Below are positions 63,555 through 64,000 of a stretch of DNA of 64,000 nucleotides, one piece after another. Under the pieces are notes generated by a model. That model worked only from the letters and a program-made list of their open reading frames with translations. It searched no databases and was not told the origin of the DNA. Origin of the DNA: Eledone cirrhosa (lineage: Eukaryota); contig OZ024744.1 in NCBI GenBank assembly GCA_964016885.1, positions 20,088,001-20,152,000 on the forward strand, read 5' to 3'. Within the stretch, counting starts at the first letter, position 1, and each line of letters opens with the position of its first letter. Position numbers and translations under genes: made by a program.

Positions 63555-63690
63555 TTCTACTTTAGGCACAAGGCCAGCAATTAACCAGTGCATTACTGGT
63601 ACTTTTATGTTATCGACCCGTAAGGGTGAAAGGCAAAGTTACTAACTCTATGCTGCATAGCTTCCGTCCCTCTACCGATACTGCCAATCC
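63555..63690 (-). mobile_element. tRNA-derived SINE, internally deleted
   Basis: ttctactttaggcacaaggccagcaatt...ctctaccgatactgccaatcc. Confidence 0.8.
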
Positions 63691-63792
63691 CCTCGAATTA
63701 CAATAATGCACAGTCCGAAGAATTCTTTGAATGAATATACAAGTAAAGAAAAGAGCAGTTGCCACGAAACGTCTCTTGTTGGCAATTTAGAC

Positions 63793-63815
63793 ACGAACTT
63801 GTTGTACTTGGCTGT

Positions 63816-63879
<64 letters not shown>

Positions 63880-63885
63880 CTTCTT

Positions 63886-63962
<77 letters not shown>
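63793..63962. repeat. Compound trinucleotide microsatellite (GTT)n(CTT)n(ATT)n
   Basis: Direct reading. Confidence 0.97.
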
Positions 63963-64000
63963 GATACTTCTCTTCTTCTGCTTCTTACTCCACCTCAACC

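Overview
AT-rich, microsatellite-dense eukaryotic DNA with no host gene that I can support. The SINE types suggest an Octopus-like cephalopod (recognition from memory, unverified). Positions ~57-36350 are almost entirely non-LTR retrotransposons with a nested structure. An RTE-clade LINE (57-1680, terminal stem-loop at 32489-32536) carries an (ATT)n tract in its 3' UTR. That tract has been expanded into a ~30.6 kb array bounded by a 15-bp duplication, ATTACTATTATTATT (1869-1883 / 32451-32465). Within the array, Tx1-like APE-RT elements lie on + and two R4/Dong-like RT-RLE families lie on -, mostly separated by short (ATT)n tracts. An uninterrupted sister RTE (34295-36349) shows the empty-site layout. 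The rest of the window holds Penelope-like remnants with inverted pLTRs and minimal hammerhead ribozyme motifs in (TA)n, two adjacent Helitrons (one with a PIF1 remnant), a CRE-like endonuclease fragment, tRNA-derived SINEs, fold-back palindromes, and an RTE-like LINE inside a GGAATATATT satellite. Best leads: the landing-pad array with strand-partitioned targeting, a G|GTAAGT splice donor 38-39 nt upstream of ORF2 in all three Tx1 copies, hammerheads with unusual stem II, and a candidate HDV-like fold. All alignments and folds were done by eye.
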